Below, piece by piece: positions 30,986 through 41,373 of a DNA stretch of 64,000 bases. Within the stretch, counting starts at the first letter, position 1. Every line of letters begins with the position of its first letter. The notes beneath the pieces are model-generated. The model saw only the letters and a program-made list of their open reading frames with translations, did no database searches and was not told the DNA's origin. The stretch covers positions 1-64,000 of the forward strand of contig JAZKFH010000084.1 in assembly GCA_040386535.1 (NCBI GenBank). The letters run 5' to 3'. A program made the position numbers and the translations under genes. The stretch is from Myxococcota bacterium. GTDB taxonomy: Bacteria > Myxococcota_A > UBA796 > SXON01.

Positions 30986-32734
30986 ATGCGGATCTCGAAC
31001 CGGATCGCCGTCGCGCTCCCCCTGCTCGTCGTGGCCGTCCTCACCGCGATCGGCCTGCCCCACTGGGCGCTCTGGCGCGCCGAGATGTGGACGTGGATGC
31101 TCGTCGGGCTGGAGTTCGACGGGCTGATGAAGAAGCTCGCGGAGGACTTCCACCCGCCCGGCTACTTCGTCCTGCTCTGGGCGCTCCTCGAGACCGACTA
31201 CCCCGACTGGGTCCTCCGTTTCCCCTCGCTGCTCGGGATGGTGGGCACCGTCGGCCTCGCGGGCGTGGCGGCCCGGCGCTGGTTCGGGCAGGCCGAGGGC
31301 TTCTTCGCCGCGATGGCGCTGGCGCTCTCGCCGTTCGTGCTCGTCTACGGGGGCGTGGCCCGCGGCTACGCGTTGCTCGCGTTGGCCGCCGCCGGACTGC
31401 TCGTGTCGGGCGCGCAGATGGTCGAGGGCCACCGCGTCCGCGCCGCGGCCGTGGGGCTCCTCGTGTCGGGCACCGCGGCCATCTACATCCACTACGCGGC
31501 GGGCGCGGCGCTCCTGGCGACCGTACTCGGCATCGCGGCCGGGCTCCGTGCGCGCCCCGACCGCGGGGCCGGGCGGTGGGTGTGGGCGGTGGGCGCGATG
31601 GCGGCCATCCCGGTCCTGTTCTCGCCCTGGCTGCTCGGCCCGATGCGCAACCAGCAGACGGACGTGTCGCCGCTGCCGCGCACCGTCAACGTCCTCGGCT
31701 ACCTCGTGTGGCCGGTGGGCCACCAGCAGCCCCTGGCGAACTGGGCCCTGCTCGCGATCGGCGTGCTGGGGGTGTTCCTCCTCGTGCGCCGCCGCACGCC
31801 CGCCGACCGTCTCCTGCTGGCCTGGCCCCTCGTGGGCGTCGTCATCCCGCTCGTGTTCTCCGATCGCAGCGATCTGCAGACCAAGTTCTACGTCGAGTCG
31901 TGGTTCCTCCCCGCGTGGGGCGTGCTCGTGGGCGTCGGCACCGCCGCCATCGTGCGCCACCTCGCCTCGTTCCGTACGGGTGCGGCGGTGTTCGTGGTGG
32001 CGCTCGTGGCCTCGGCCGTGGGGCCCGTGGTGGCCCTCTGGAAGCTCCCGGCCGCGCCCTTCGAGGTGTGGAACGGCAGCAACGTGTACGACGTTCGCCG
32101 CGAGGTGCGGCTGCTGCGCCAGGTGCTCCCCGACATCCCCGCCGGGTCGTTCCCGACCGAGCCGTTCTCCGTCTACGCCGCGTACATGGACGAGGTGCCC
32201 ACCACGAGCCGGTCGCCCCGCTGGATGTTCCGCCGGCGGGACGACGTGCTGATGCGCAGCGTCTACACCGCGCCCGAGCTCGCGCCGTGCACGTTTCCGT
32301 ATGCGTTCTACGTCACGCTGAGCGTGCCGGATCCCTACCAGTGCGACGCCCTCGTGCTCGGGATCCAGGCCGCGGCCGAGCGCGAGGCGTACCCGCCGTT
32401 CGTCCTCGAGCTCGCCTCCCGCGCGTGGCTGCGTGGCAACCTGCAAGAGGCGGAGGCGCTCGCGACGCAGGCGGCGGCGATGCCGAACGGCTGGAGCGAT
32501 CCGGCGGTGTTCCTGGCCCAGCTCTACGCCCAGAACGGCCAACCCCAGCTGGCCCTCGGCGCCATCGAGCAGGCCCTCGGCCAGGCCCGGATCTGGAAGA
32601 ACTACTTCGTCGCGAAGGAGCTGTTCGGCCTCGAGGCCGAGCTGTTGTACCAGCTGGGCCGCATCGACGAGGCCCAGGCGGCGGCGGCCTGCGCGAGCCC
32701 CTCGGCGCGCATCGAGGCGTGCCTGGCGGAGTAG
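30986..32734 (+). CDS. GT-C (PMT/ArnT-like) membrane glycosyltransferase with C-terminal TPR
   Basis: LWRAE, EDFHPPGYFVLL, LRFPSLL, SPF..YG..ARGYAL, many TM helices, TPR-like tail. Confidence 0.82.
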   Translation: MRISNRIAVALPLLVVAVLTAIGLPHWALWRAEMWTWMLVGLEFDGLMKKLAEDFHPPGYFVLLWALLETDYPDWVLRFPSLLGMVGTVGLAGVAARRWFGQAEGFFAAMALALSPFVLVYGGVARGYALLALAAAGLLVSGAQMVEGHRVRAAAVGLLVSGTAAIYIHYAAGAALLATVLGIAAGLRARPDRGAGRWVWAVGAMAAIPVLFSPWLLGPMRNQQTDVSPLPRTVNVLGYLVWPVGHQQPLANWALLAIGVLGVFLLVRRRTPADRLLLAWPLVGVVIPLVFSDRSDLQTKFYVESWFLPAWGVLVGVGTAAIVRHLASFRTGAAVFVVALVASAVGPVVALWKLPAAPFEVWNGSNVYDVRREVRLLRQVLPDIPAGSFPTEPFSVYAAYMDEVPTTSRSPRWMFRRRDDVLMRSVYTAPELAPCTFPYAFYVTLSVPDPYQCDALVLGIQAAAEREAYPPFVLELASRAWLRGNLQEAEALATQAAAMPNGWSDPAVFLAQLYAQNGQPQLALGAIEQALGQARIWKNYFVAKELFGLEAELLYQLGRIDEAQAAAACASPSARIEACLAE

Positions 32735-32843
32735 GGGGGGCTTGGCGACGGAGTAGGACGGGCACGTCTACACCTGTCGCTCACGATGACGACACGGATT
32801 GTGTCACGACGGGCTACGGTCCCCGCGCCACCCGGAACCCCGC

Positions 32844-33263
32844 ATGCATCGCCAGAACCTGATCGACTGGTACAACTCCTTCGCCACCGAGCGAGAGGCC
32901 TGCCTCGTGCATCTCGACACCATGTTCACCGAGGACGTGGTGTTCCGCGATCCGTTCCGGGACACCCGCGGCGTCCCCGCGTTCCGGGAGCTGTTCGTGC
33001 GCATGTTCCGGCGGTACCGCCACGTGCACTTCACCGGTTTCGTGCTCGAAGGGAACGAGGAGAAGTTCACCTTCACGTACCTGATGCACCTCCGCATGGC
33101 GGTCGGGCCGACGTTCGTGACGCCGATGGCGACCATCTGCACGGCGCGGGACGGCAAGATCTCCGAGGTGATCGACTACTACGACTTCGCGAGCGGCCTC
33201 GTGTCGCCGGTGCCGCTCCTCGCGAAGGCCTACCAGGCGTGCATCCGGGCGATCTTCCTGTAG
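32844..33263 (+). CDS. SnoaL/NTF2-like protein
   Basis: MFTEDVVFRDPF....G, DGKI....DYYD. Confidence 0.88.
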   Translation: MHRQNLIDWYNSFATEREACLVHLDTMFTEDVVFRDPFRDTRGVPAFRELFVRMFRRYRHVHFTGFVLEGNEEKFTFTYLMHLRMAVGPTFVTPMATICTARDGKISEVIDYYDFASGLVSPVPLLAKAYQACIRAIFL

Positions 33264-33267
33264 GCGG

Positions 33268-33786
33268 TCAGCGGGGCGGCGCCTCCGCCTCGCACCGCTC
33301 CATCCACCCGCGCAGCACCGTCACCAGCTCCCGCCGGCTCGCCTCCGCCGGCCACGCGAGCGGCTCGGCCCGTTGTTTCGCCGCCTGGATGGGCCACGTC
33401 GTCACGCGGGCGAGCGCGGCGCTCCGTTGTTTCGCGTCCACGGTCTCGGGCAACACCGTACCGCCGAACCACACCCGGGCGCCGGTGTCGGGAACGGTGA
33501 GCGGCGCGAGCACCAATGCACGGTCGTCCACCTGCCACACCACCTCCGCCGGCCAGCCTTCCACCAACAACACGGGCTGCGCGACCTGACGGGGGCGGAG
33601 CAACGTGGCGTCGGCGTGCACGACCAGGGCGGTAGCCTCGGTGATGGCGCGGGTGTCGGCGCTCCATGTCCACGGATAGGGCGTGGCGAATTGGATCGTG
33701 CGTTGGCACGCGATCGACTCGACGGGCAGCGGGTCGGCGGCCAGGGGCGCCGCGCTCGCCGCTGCCATCCACAACAAACCAATCAT
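33268..33786 (-). CDS. Secreted hypothetical protein, translationally coupled to the upstream hydrolase
   Basis: ATGA overlap with the stop at 33783; signal peptide. Confidence 0.75.
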   Translation of the reverse strand: MIGLLWMAAASAAPLAADPLPVESIACQRTIQFATPYPWTWSADTRAITEATALVVHADATLLRPRQVAQPVLLVEGWPAEVVWQVDDRALVLAPLTVPDTGARVWFGGTVLPETVDAKQRSAALARVTTWPIQAAKQRAEPLAWPAEASRRELVTVLRGWMERCEAEAPPR

Positions 33787-36050
33787 TGCACCACCTCCAC
33801 GTCGTCCAGCCCGATGCGCCCGAACGCGCTGTCGCCGTCTTGGCCGAAGTCCAGTTGGACGCTGCGTACGTCGGAGAGATCCAACGCGGTCGCCCCGGCC
33901 GTGAAGTCCACCAGCGGCAGGCGCACGGTGGAGAAGGCGTTGGCCCACCCGCGCCCATCGCCGTCGCCGCGCCGACCGTACGGCGGCGCGATCGTCGCGT
34001 GCGGGCGGATCGAGCGGGTCACGGACACCCCGGCGCCGTCGGTCAGGGTGACCGAGAAGTCGAGCGGCCCGTCGAGCTCGATGGTGAGCGGGTTCCGGGT
34101 CTCCTGGCAGGCGCCGAGGGTGAGGAAGCGGCCGCCCCGCCAATCGCGCAGCAGCGTCGGGAGCTCGTAGCGGTAGTACGCGGGCGCGTCCCACTCGAAC
34201 ACGATGCCCTGGGCATCGTCGGCGGCCTCACCGGCCTGTGTCATCCCGTTCATCGGATCGTTGCCGGTCCACGTCAGCTGCGTGTCGGCGTCGTCCTGGA
34301 GGCCCTCGGAGGCGTTGGTGACATCGTAGATCACCGCGGCGTTGCTCGACGCCGATCCGAGGTCCCCGAACAGTTGGTAGTCGTCGATCACCATCCCCTC
34401 GGCCGGGCGCCACGTGGAGAGCACCGTGGTGGTGAACGCCGTCGCGGGCAGGTTCATCGGGTCACGTTGGAGCAGGGCGCGCGCCGTCGCGTCGTCCTCC
34501 AGCCCCTCGGCCACGGCCGCGAGCAGGTACGCCTTTGCGATGCGCTGCGCGTCCTCCCGCTCGATCTGGTCGGGCCCCTGCCCGTCGTCGTACCCGCAAC
34601 AGTTGAAGTCCTCGTGCGAGGCGCCGTACACGTAGGTCGACGAGCGCGTGCCCTGCGCGGCCTGGTACAACCGGAACGATTGGGCCTCGCTGAATTGGGT
34701 GCCACCGGTGACGTCGCCGTCGGAGCTGCCGGCGAGCAGGTGATAACGAACGTCGCCCGGGTCGGACATCGTCACCGAGTTGAACACGGTGGGCGCGATC
34801 GACACGAGCACGCGCACGTCGTCCGCGGTGAAGCCCTCGGGTACATCCCCGGTGCCGCCACCGCCCGCGAGCAGCCGGGTGTGCGCCCGCACGATCCCTT
34901 CGCCGCCGCGGGAGTGGCCGATCCACGCGATGGTGTGGGGGTCCACCAGATCGACCAGCGCGCCGCCGCCCACCTGGTCCAGGTGTGTCAGGAACCAATC
35001 CGTGTTGGTCAGCGTGGTGGTCGACGCCGCCTCGATCCCCGGCATCGTCTCGTTCTCGTGGGACATCACCACGTAGCCCCAGCTCGCGAGGTGCTCGCCG
35101 AGGTAGTCGTACCAGGTGTGCTGGTGGCCGTTGCCGTGAGAGATCACCACCAGCGGCCGCGGGCCGAGCGCGGCGAGGTCGTCCGGCCAGTACACCCGCT
35201 GGCCGAGCCAGTCGCCGCCGGACACGTCCGCCTGGGACACGCCATGCGGGCCCGCCTCCGCGAGGTCGCCCGCCACGCGCAGGCCCGCGCCGTCCGCGCC
35301 CTGGTCGAGGCGGTCGCCGGGGGAGAACGTGGCGTCGCCGTCGACATCGAGCACCACGTCGTAAGCCGCGCCGAGCACGCCCGCGTCCGGCGCCACCGCC
35401 GGCCACACGGTCCGCCCCGCCGTGGCGAGCTCCGCGTCGTCGAGCGACAGCTCCTCCACCTCCCCGGTGACATCGACCAGCGCGCGATCCTCGCCCCACG
35501 CCTCCACGCTCCGGTGCGCCACCACCCACGCCTGGGCCGCGCCGACCCCGTCGGGTTGCGCGCGTTTGTCGAAGGCCACTTCCAGCGGCTCGCCGAGCGC
35601 GTACACGTCATCGAACCCGAAGCCCGGCGCCTCCTCCCGCGTGCGGCCGGCGAGCGGCGCGACCGGCACCACGCGCAGCGCGAGCGGCTGGGGCTCGCAC
35701 CCCGTCACCGAGGCGGTCAGCGTCGCCTCTCCGACCGTGCTCCCCTCGATGTGGAGCGTGACCGGGAGCGCGTCGGTCGCGAACGGGAGATCGAGCGGCG
35801 CGCCGTCCTTGTCCAGCACCGTGATGTCGCCGGTGCCGGCAATGGTCACCCGGGTCCCCTTCGCGGCGCCGGCGGGCGCCTCCAGCGTCACCGGGCGCGT
35901 GCCGAGCAGGCGGCTGGTGCCGGACATCCCGGCGAACCGGCTCATCTCCACGGACACCGCCACCGAGGGGTCTGCCGCGCCGGTCGACCACGCCAGGGCG
36001 CAGGCGGGGCGGTCGTCGCCGCACCCCGAGAGGAGCAGGAGCGTGCCCAT
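33783..36050 (-). CDS. Large alpha/beta-hydrolase lipoprotein (chlorophyllase/cutinase-like core)
   Basis: Lipobox LSGC; PLVVISHGNG, YDYLGEHLASWGYVV, GHSRGGEG nucleophile elbow, DGDV, GASH; start may be 36080. Confidence 0.88.
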   Translation of the reverse strand: MGTLLLLSGCGDDRPACALAWSTGAADPSVAVSVEMSRFAGMSGTSRLLGTRPVTLEAPAGAAKGTRVTIAGTGDITVLDKDGAPLDLPFATDALPVTLHIEGSTVGEATLTASVTGCEPQPLALRVVPVAPLAGRTREEAPGFGFDDVYALGEPLEVAFDKRAQPDGVGAAQAWVVAHRSVEAWGEDRALVDVTGEVEELSLDDAELATAGRTVWPAVAPDAGVLGAAYDVVLDVDGDATFSPGDRLDQGADGAGLRVAGDLAEAGPHGVSQADVSGGDWLGQRVYWPDDLAALGPRPLVVISHGNGHQHTWYDYLGEHLASWGYVVMSHENETMPGIEAASTTTLTNTDWFLTHLDQVGGGALVDLVDPHTIAWIGHSRGGEGIVRAHTRLLAGGGGTGDVPEGFTADDVRVLVSIAPTVFNSVTMSDPGDVRYHLLAGSSDGDVTGGTQFSEAQSFRLYQAAQGTRSSTYVYGASHEDFNCCGYDDGQGPDQIEREDAQRIAKAYLLAAVAEGLEDDATARALLQRDPMNLPATAFTTTVLSTWRPAEGMVIDDYQLFGDLGSASSNAAVIYDVTNASEGLQDDADTQLTWTGNDPMNGMTQAGEAADDAQGIVFEWDAPAYYRYELPTLLRDWRGGRFLTLGACQETRNPLTIELDGPLDFSVTLTDGAGVSVTRSIRPHATIAPPYGRRGDGDGRGWANAFSTVRLPLVDFTAGATALDLSDVRSVQLDFGQDGDSAFGRIGLDDVEVVQ

Positions 36051-36237
36051 GGAGAGCCGACGAGCGCGGGGAGCGGGCATGGGCGGGATGGTACGCGGGT
36101 GGGGGCGGGAGCGTCTATGGGGGAGGGCGGGCTCGTTGGGGCGAGCGACCCACGAGGACGCCCCCGCCGAGTCCGAGGGTAGATACGGGGGGGTGCCTAT
36201 GTTGGTGCGGAGGGGGCGCTCCCCCCTGGAGGCATCG

Positions 36238-37287
36238 ATGTCCCGGCGCTTGTTCTGTAAATCCGCGGCGTGCGCGCTTCTCGTAGCGGCCGCGCTCCCA
36301 ACCCAGGCCCAGGCACAGGCCGAGAAGAAACCAAATGTCTTGTTCATCATGGCCGACGATGTCGGCTGGATGCAACTCGGGGCATATCACCAGGGGCTCA
36401 TGAGCTCCGAGACGCCCAACCCGGCCCGGATGCACGTGGTCACCCAGCTCTCTCCCAAGTACGAGAGCATGTTGGGGGTGAAGGGAGGGAAGGATTGGGG
36501 CGTGCAGGAAGCGGGCATGAAGCAGCTCGACGACAACGTCGGTGTCGTCCTGCAGAAGCTCGAGCAGCTCGGGGTGCTGGATAACACCCTCATCGTGTTC
36601 ACCACCGACAACGGGGCAGAGGTCATCACGTGGCCGGACGGGGGCTCCACCCCGTTCCGGGGGCAGAAGGGAGGGGCCTGGGAGGGCGGCTACCGCGTGC
36701 CGATGATCGCGCGTTGGCCGGGACACATCAAGCCGGGGCAGGTGAGCGCCGAGTTCATGGTGGCCTTGGATTGGGTGCCGACACTCGTGAACATCGCGGG
36801 GGGCCCCAAGGGGGACCAGCTGAAGAGCACCATCGAAGCCGGGAAGTATCCCGGGTTCACGAAGACGACGCTCGACGGCTACGACCAGCGTGACATGTTG
36901 GAGGGCAAGTCCCGGTCGGCACGGGAAACCTTCTTCTACTACTCGGGCGCGACCCTCTCCGCGGTCCGTTGGAAGAATTGGAAGTTCCTCTACCAGATGC
37001 CCGCCTCCGGCGCGACGGCGTGGATCGAACCGCTCGTCAAGTACAACTTCACCCTGATCGAGAACCTCAAGCGTGACCCGTTCGAGGCCGCGACCAACAA
37101 CGAGAAGTCCGCGCTCTACTACGGCGACTTCTTCCAGTACGACTGGAACCTGCTGCCAATCGGCCAGAAGCTCGCGCTGCAGCACCTGATGACGTTCAAG
37201 CAGTATCCGCCGATGCAGAACCCGGCGTCCTACAACCTCGACGCGGTGATGGAGCAGATCCGCAACCAACCCGCGAAGGGCGAGTAG
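36238..37287 (+). pseudogene. Arylsulfatase family gene with an in-frame internal deletion (no CxxxR formylglycine motif)
   Basis: KPNVLFIMADDVG..TPN joins directly to PARMHV..; TDNG, PFRGQKG..WEGGYRVP present; only 349 aa. Confidence 0.75.
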
Positions 37288-37290
37288 GTC

Positions 37291-38274
37291 GTGCGCGCTC
37301 CGTGGCACGTCGCGTCGTGTTTGTGCGCGCTGGGGTGCGCCACGGAGCCGGAGTGTCCGTCCGGGATGGCCTTCGTTCCGGGCGGAACCTTCCGCTTCGG
37401 CGCGAATGACACCTACGCCGAGGAGCGCGCCGCCGAACAGGTGCGCGTCGAGGCGCTCTGCATCGGTGTGCACGAGGTGACCAACGCCGAGTTCCGGCGG
37501 TTCGTGGAGGCGACCGGCTACGTCACGATCGCGGAGCGGGAGCTCCCGAGCGACGCGTTCGGCTCGCTGCCGCGCGAGCTCCGGGCGGCGGGGGCGATGG
37601 TCTTCCGGCCCGTCCCCGCTGGCCAGCCCGTCCCGGAGCTCGGCTGGTGGCATTGGGTGCCGGGCGCGAGCTGGCGGTTTCCGGGCGGTCCGGCGACCAC
37701 GCTCGACGGCCTGGACGCCCACCCCGTCGTCCAGGTGGCGTTCGAGGACGCCGTCGCGTTCGCGCGCTGGTCCGGCGGATCGCTGCCCACCGAGGCACAG
37801 TGGGAGTACGCGGCGCGCGGCGGGTTGGACGGCGCGGCTTATCCATGGGGAGACGCGTACGTGCCCGGCCGACACAACGTCTGGCAGGGCGCGTTCCCGT
37901 GGGCGAACACCCGCGAGGATGGGTTCGAGGGGACCGCGCCCGTGGGCTCGTTCGCGCCCAACGGATTCGGGCTCTACGACATGACCGGGAACGTCTGGGA
38001 GTGGACCTCGGACTGGTATCGGCCCGGTCATGACGGCGCCGGCGGTCGCGTGGATCCGTCGCTGACCGATGTCACGGCGGCGTACGACCCAAGTGAGCCC
38101 TCCGTCGCCAAACACGTCGTCAAGGGTGGCTCGTTCCTGTGCTCGCCCGATTATTGTGGGCGCTACCGCCCCGCTGCACGGCAGCCGCAGGAGCCCGACA
38201 CGGGCATGTCCCACATCGGCTTCCGCATCGTGCGCGCGCCGGTCCCAGCTACCAATTCAGGAGGCATGCCATGA
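37291..38274 (+). CDS. Formylglycine-generating enzyme (SUMF1/FGE-sulfatase domain) protein
   Basis: HEVTNAEF, HPVVQV, LPTEAQWEYAARGG, NGFGLYDMTGNVWEW, KGGSFLC...YC.RYRPAAR, HIGFR. Confidence 0.95.
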   Translation: MRAPWHVASCLCALGCATEPECPSGMAFVPGGTFRFGANDTYAEERAAEQVRVEALCIGVHEVTNAEFRRFVEATGYVTIAERELPSDAFGSLPRELRAAGAMVFRPVPAGQPVPELGWWHWVPGASWRFPGGPATTLDGLDAHPVVQVAFEDAVAFARWSGGSLPTEAQWEYAARGGLDGAAYPWGDAYVPGRHNVWQGAFPWANTREDGFEGTAPVGSFAPNGFGLYDMTGNVWEWTSDWYRPGHDGAGGRVDPSLTDVTAAYDPSEPSVAKHVVKGGSFLCSPDYCGRYRPAARQPQEPDTGMSHIGFRIVRAPVPATNSGGMP

Positions 38275-39308
38275 GCAATCTCTTCTCGGGAGCCGTCGGA
38301 ACCTTGCTGGCGCTCGCGGTCGCGTGCTCGGCGCCGGTCGCTTTCGCGCAAGCCGAGCCGCTGCCTTCCTGGAACGACGGCCCTGCCCGACAAGCGATCC
38401 TCGACTTCGTCCAGCAGACGACCGATCCGGCCAGCCCGCGCTTCGTGCCACCCGACGCGCGTGTCGCCACGTTCGACCAGGACGGAACGCTCTGGGTGGA
38501 ACACCCGATGTACGCGCAGGTGGCCTACTGCCTGGATCAGGTGCCCAGGCTCGTCGCGGCCAAACCCGAGCTCGCGAACGAGGAGCCGTTCAAGACGGTG
38601 TTGACAGGGAACGCAAAGGCGATCGAGGCCCTCTCGAAGCAGGATTTGGAGAAGGTCTTCGGGGCGACCCTGTCCGGAATGACTGTGGACACGTTCACGG
38701 CCGAGGTGCGAAGCTGGCTGTCGACCGCGCGGGATCCCCGCTGGAAGCGGGCGTACACCGAGCTCGCCTTCGCGCCGATGCTCGAGCTGCTCGATTACCT
38801 TCGGACGAGCGGCTACGAGACGTACATCGTCACCGGCGGTGGGCAGGACTTCGTCCGCGTCTACTCCGAGCAGGTGTATGGGGTCCCCGTCGACCACGTC
38901 GTCGGGAGCGCGGCCGAGACCCGGTTTGGGTACGGCGAGGACGGCAAGCCCACACTCACCAAGGAGCCCCGTCTGCTCTTCGATGACGACGCCACCGGAA
39001 AACCCGAGGCCATCCACCTGGTCATCGGCCGTCGCCCCGCCCTGGCGGTCGGCAACTCGACGGGCGACCAACAGATGCTCGAGTACACGTCCGCGGGGGA
39101 CGGCGGACGCCTGTCGCTGCTCGTGCTCCACGACGACGCCGTGCGGGAGTACGCCTACGGGCCGGCGCAGGGGCTGCCCGACACGAAGGTCGGCACGTTC
39201 CCCACCGCGCTCTACGACGAGGCGCAACAGCAGGGGTGGATCGTGGTGAGCATGAAGGACGACTGGAACCGCATCTTCGCCTGGGAGTCCGCGCCGGGGA
39301 CGCAATGA
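38271..39308 (+). CDS. Secreted HAD-family hydrolase (nonspecific acid phosphatase type)
   Basis: LPSWNDG, ATFDQDGTLW.E.P, YIVTGGG, GNS.GD..ML, VSMK.DW; ATGA overlap with the FGE gene. Confidence 0.92.
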   Translation: MSNLFSGAVGTLLALAVACSAPVAFAQAEPLPSWNDGPARQAILDFVQQTTDPASPRFVPPDARVATFDQDGTLWVEHPMYAQVAYCLDQVPRLVAAKPELANEEPFKTVLTGNAKAIEALSKQDLEKVFGATLSGMTVDTFTAEVRSWLSTARDPRWKRAYTELAFAPMLELLDYLRTSGYETYIVTGGGQDFVRVYSEQVYGVPVDHVVGSAAETRFGYGEDGKPTLTKEPRLLFDDDATGKPEAIHLVIGRRPALAVGNSTGDQQMLEYTSAGDGGRLSLLVLHDDAVREYAYGPAQGLPDTKVGTFPTALYDEAQQQGWIVVSMKDDWNRIFAWESAPGTQ

Positions 39309-39336
39309 CGCGTCGCGCCGCTCACGCGCGCTCTGC

Positions 39337-40503
39337 TCACCGGACGTCCGGATAGTCAGCCTCGATCTTGTCCAGCGTGTGCGCAGTCTCGTTGACCGTG
39401 CGGCGCGAGATCATGGCATCGAAGTCGAACCAACCGAAGCCGCGGAGCGAGGTCGCGTTGGCCCCCGCGCCGCCTCGGAGCTGGAGATCGCGGGCGGTGG
39501 ACGTGTAGGCGTCGTCGGGGAAGTCCGAGGCCTGGAGGCCGTAGTCCCGCTCCGCCGCCGTCGTCACGACGGTGGAGAGGTGACAGCCCACGCACGAGAG
39601 TTGGTCCGGGACGTAGACCGCGGGGTTGTCCACCCGGAGGTACGAGGCCATCGTCGCCTGGCGCTCGGCGTCCGTCGCGGCGGCCATCGCCTCGGTCGAG
39701 AAGAAGGCGCGGCCGTCCTCCGGGGAGGCGCCCGGCGGGTTGACATCGTAGGCGAAGGTGGTGCCCGTCTCGGTCAGGAGCACCTGCTGGATGGAATCGG
39801 CCACCCCCTCGATGTCGAGCGTGGTCATCACCCCCTCCTCCACCTCGAAGCCGCCCATGAACCAATTCGGAGTGGTCGACGGCGCGCGCAGGAAGAAGGT
39901 CACTCGCCGCAGGCGATCCTCCCCCGTCAGGCCCAACACCACCTCGCGGAGCGCGGCGCCATACGCCCCGCCCACCCCCTGCGCAACGAGCGAGGGATGC
40001 ACGTCCAGCGGCGCGTCCACCGCGGTCTCCGGCTCCAGCGCGCGCAGCTCCCGCAGCGCCGCGACCGCCGCGTCGAAGTCGTCGATGGCGTAGAACAGGT
40101 GCAGCGCGGAGTCCGCGGCGCGGCCGTCCTCGGCGATCGGCTGCATGACGAGCCGCACCTCGGGGCGACAGTCGTCCGGCGTACCGCCGCAAGCGTCGAA
40201 GCGGAGCGAGACCACCCGCAGCAGGCGGAGCACGAGCGTCTCGTCTGTAGTGGCGGGGAAGGTGGGGATCTGGAGGAACAGCTCCCGCGGAAAGAGCGTG
40301 CCGTACGCGCCGTCGTCGGAGGCGCGGAGGTGGTTCGGATCCTCGGAGGTCGCTGGCAGCGGGTAGAGCACTGATATGTCGCTCATGCTCAGGAGGACCG
40401 GGGTGTGCCCATCTGTGTCCTTGGCAGGTTCGGCGCCCGGTTGACAGGCGCTCCCCCAAAGCAGGCCGAATGACAGGGAGAGGTGCTTGGGCGAGCGAGG
40501 CAT
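39337..40503 (-). CDS. Lipoprotein with a single CxxCH (putative c-type cytochrome), probably iron-regulated
   Basis: Lipobox GSAC; SCVGCH; candidate Fur box upstream. Confidence 0.75.
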   Translation of the reverse strand: MPRSPKHLSLSFGLLWGSACQPGAEPAKDTDGHTPVLLSMSDISVLYPLPATSEDPNHLRASDDGAYGTLFPRELFLQIPTFPATTDETLVLRLLRVVSLRFDACGGTPDDCRPEVRLVMQPIAEDGRAADSALHLFYAIDDFDAAVAALRELRALEPETAVDAPLDVHPSLVAQGVGGAYGAALREVVLGLTGEDRLRRVTFFLRAPSTTPNWFMGGFEVEEGVMTTLDIEGVADSIQQVLLTETGTTFAYDVNPPGASPEDGRAFFSTEAMAAATDAERQATMASYLRVDNPAVYVPDQLSCVGCHLSTVVTTAAERDYGLQASDFPDDAYTSTARDLQLRGGAGANATSLRGFGWFDFDAMISRRTVNETAHTLDKIEADYPDVR

Positions 40504-40519
40504 GCGGGTCCGACCTGTT

Positions 40520-40565
40520 GATAATGAGTTTCATTTTCATTATCGCTCGACCCCGAGGTTGTCAA
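40520..40565 (-). promoter_or_regulatory. Extended Fur box overlapping a putative sigma70 promoter
   Basis: Minus strand TTGACA-15 nt-GATAATGAAAATGAAACTCATTATC; resembles GATAATGATAATCATTATC; AT-rich island in >70% GC DNA. Confidence 0.85.
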
Positions 40566-40620
40566 TGCCCGTCCCCGGGGCACCCAGCTCGGCGTGGATC
40601 ATGCCGTGCGCCGCCCGCCC

Positions 40621-41241
40621 TCACCCCACCCGACAGACCACATTGATGAACGGAAGCGAACCGCCGCCGCCCGCCGCCTCGTCGATCTCGACCAGCTCGA
40701 TCGCGCCGTGTTTCCCGAACTCCCGCCCGATCGACTCGGCGTCGTAGAAGAACATCTTCACGCCCGGATGCACCTCGTACCAGTCGTCTCCGAGTTTGGG
40801 CCCCTGGCCGAACATCGGGGCCGTCTTCGCGATGACGGTGAAGATCATGACGCCGCCCTTCCGCAGCTGGCGGTGGCAGTCCTCGAGCAGCTTCGCGCGT
40901 GCGGGCGCGTCGAGCAGGTAGAGCAGGCCGTACGAGAAGATGCCGTCGTAGTGCTGATTGTCGTACGGCATGTCGGTCACGGAGCCGTGGTGGATCGGGA
41001 TGTCCAGACCCATTTGCGAGCGTGCCAGGCCGATCGCCGTCTGGGAGATCTCGATCCCCGTCACGGACATCCCGTGCTCGAGAAACGGCTTTGCGTTCCG
41101 ACCGTACCCAAGCCCCGGAACGAGGACATCCTTCACGCCGATCCGCGCGAAGGTGTCCCGCGCGAAGAGGGCCGAACGGCTCGGCTCCTTGCCCCACATC
41201 ATCTGGTTCTTGGTGAACGCGGTCTCCCACAACTCGGCCAT
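40621..41241 (-). CDS. Class I SAM-dependent methyltransferase
   Basis: [32 protein letters not shown]. Confidence 0.92.
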   Translation of the reverse strand: MAELWETAFTKNQMMWGKEPSRSALFARDTFARIGVKDVLVPGLGYGRNAKPFLEHGMSVTGIEISQTAIGLARSQMGLDIPIHHGSVTDMPYDNQHYDGIFSYGLLYLLDAPARAKLLEDCHRQLRKGGVMIFTVIAKTAPMFGQGPKLGDDWYEVHPGVKMFFYDAESIGREFGKHGAIELVEIDEAAGGGGSLPFINVVCRVG

Positions 41242-41373
41242 GTCGTGCGCCTCTCCTCACGTTCGTAGCTGGGTGCGCCGGGCGTGGCGAGGGCGCAGTT
41301 TTCGCTCCGAGCGGCGTCGCTTTCGATTCGGGGCCGCTGCGATTCGAGCCCGCCGCCGCGCTACGTCGGGCGG

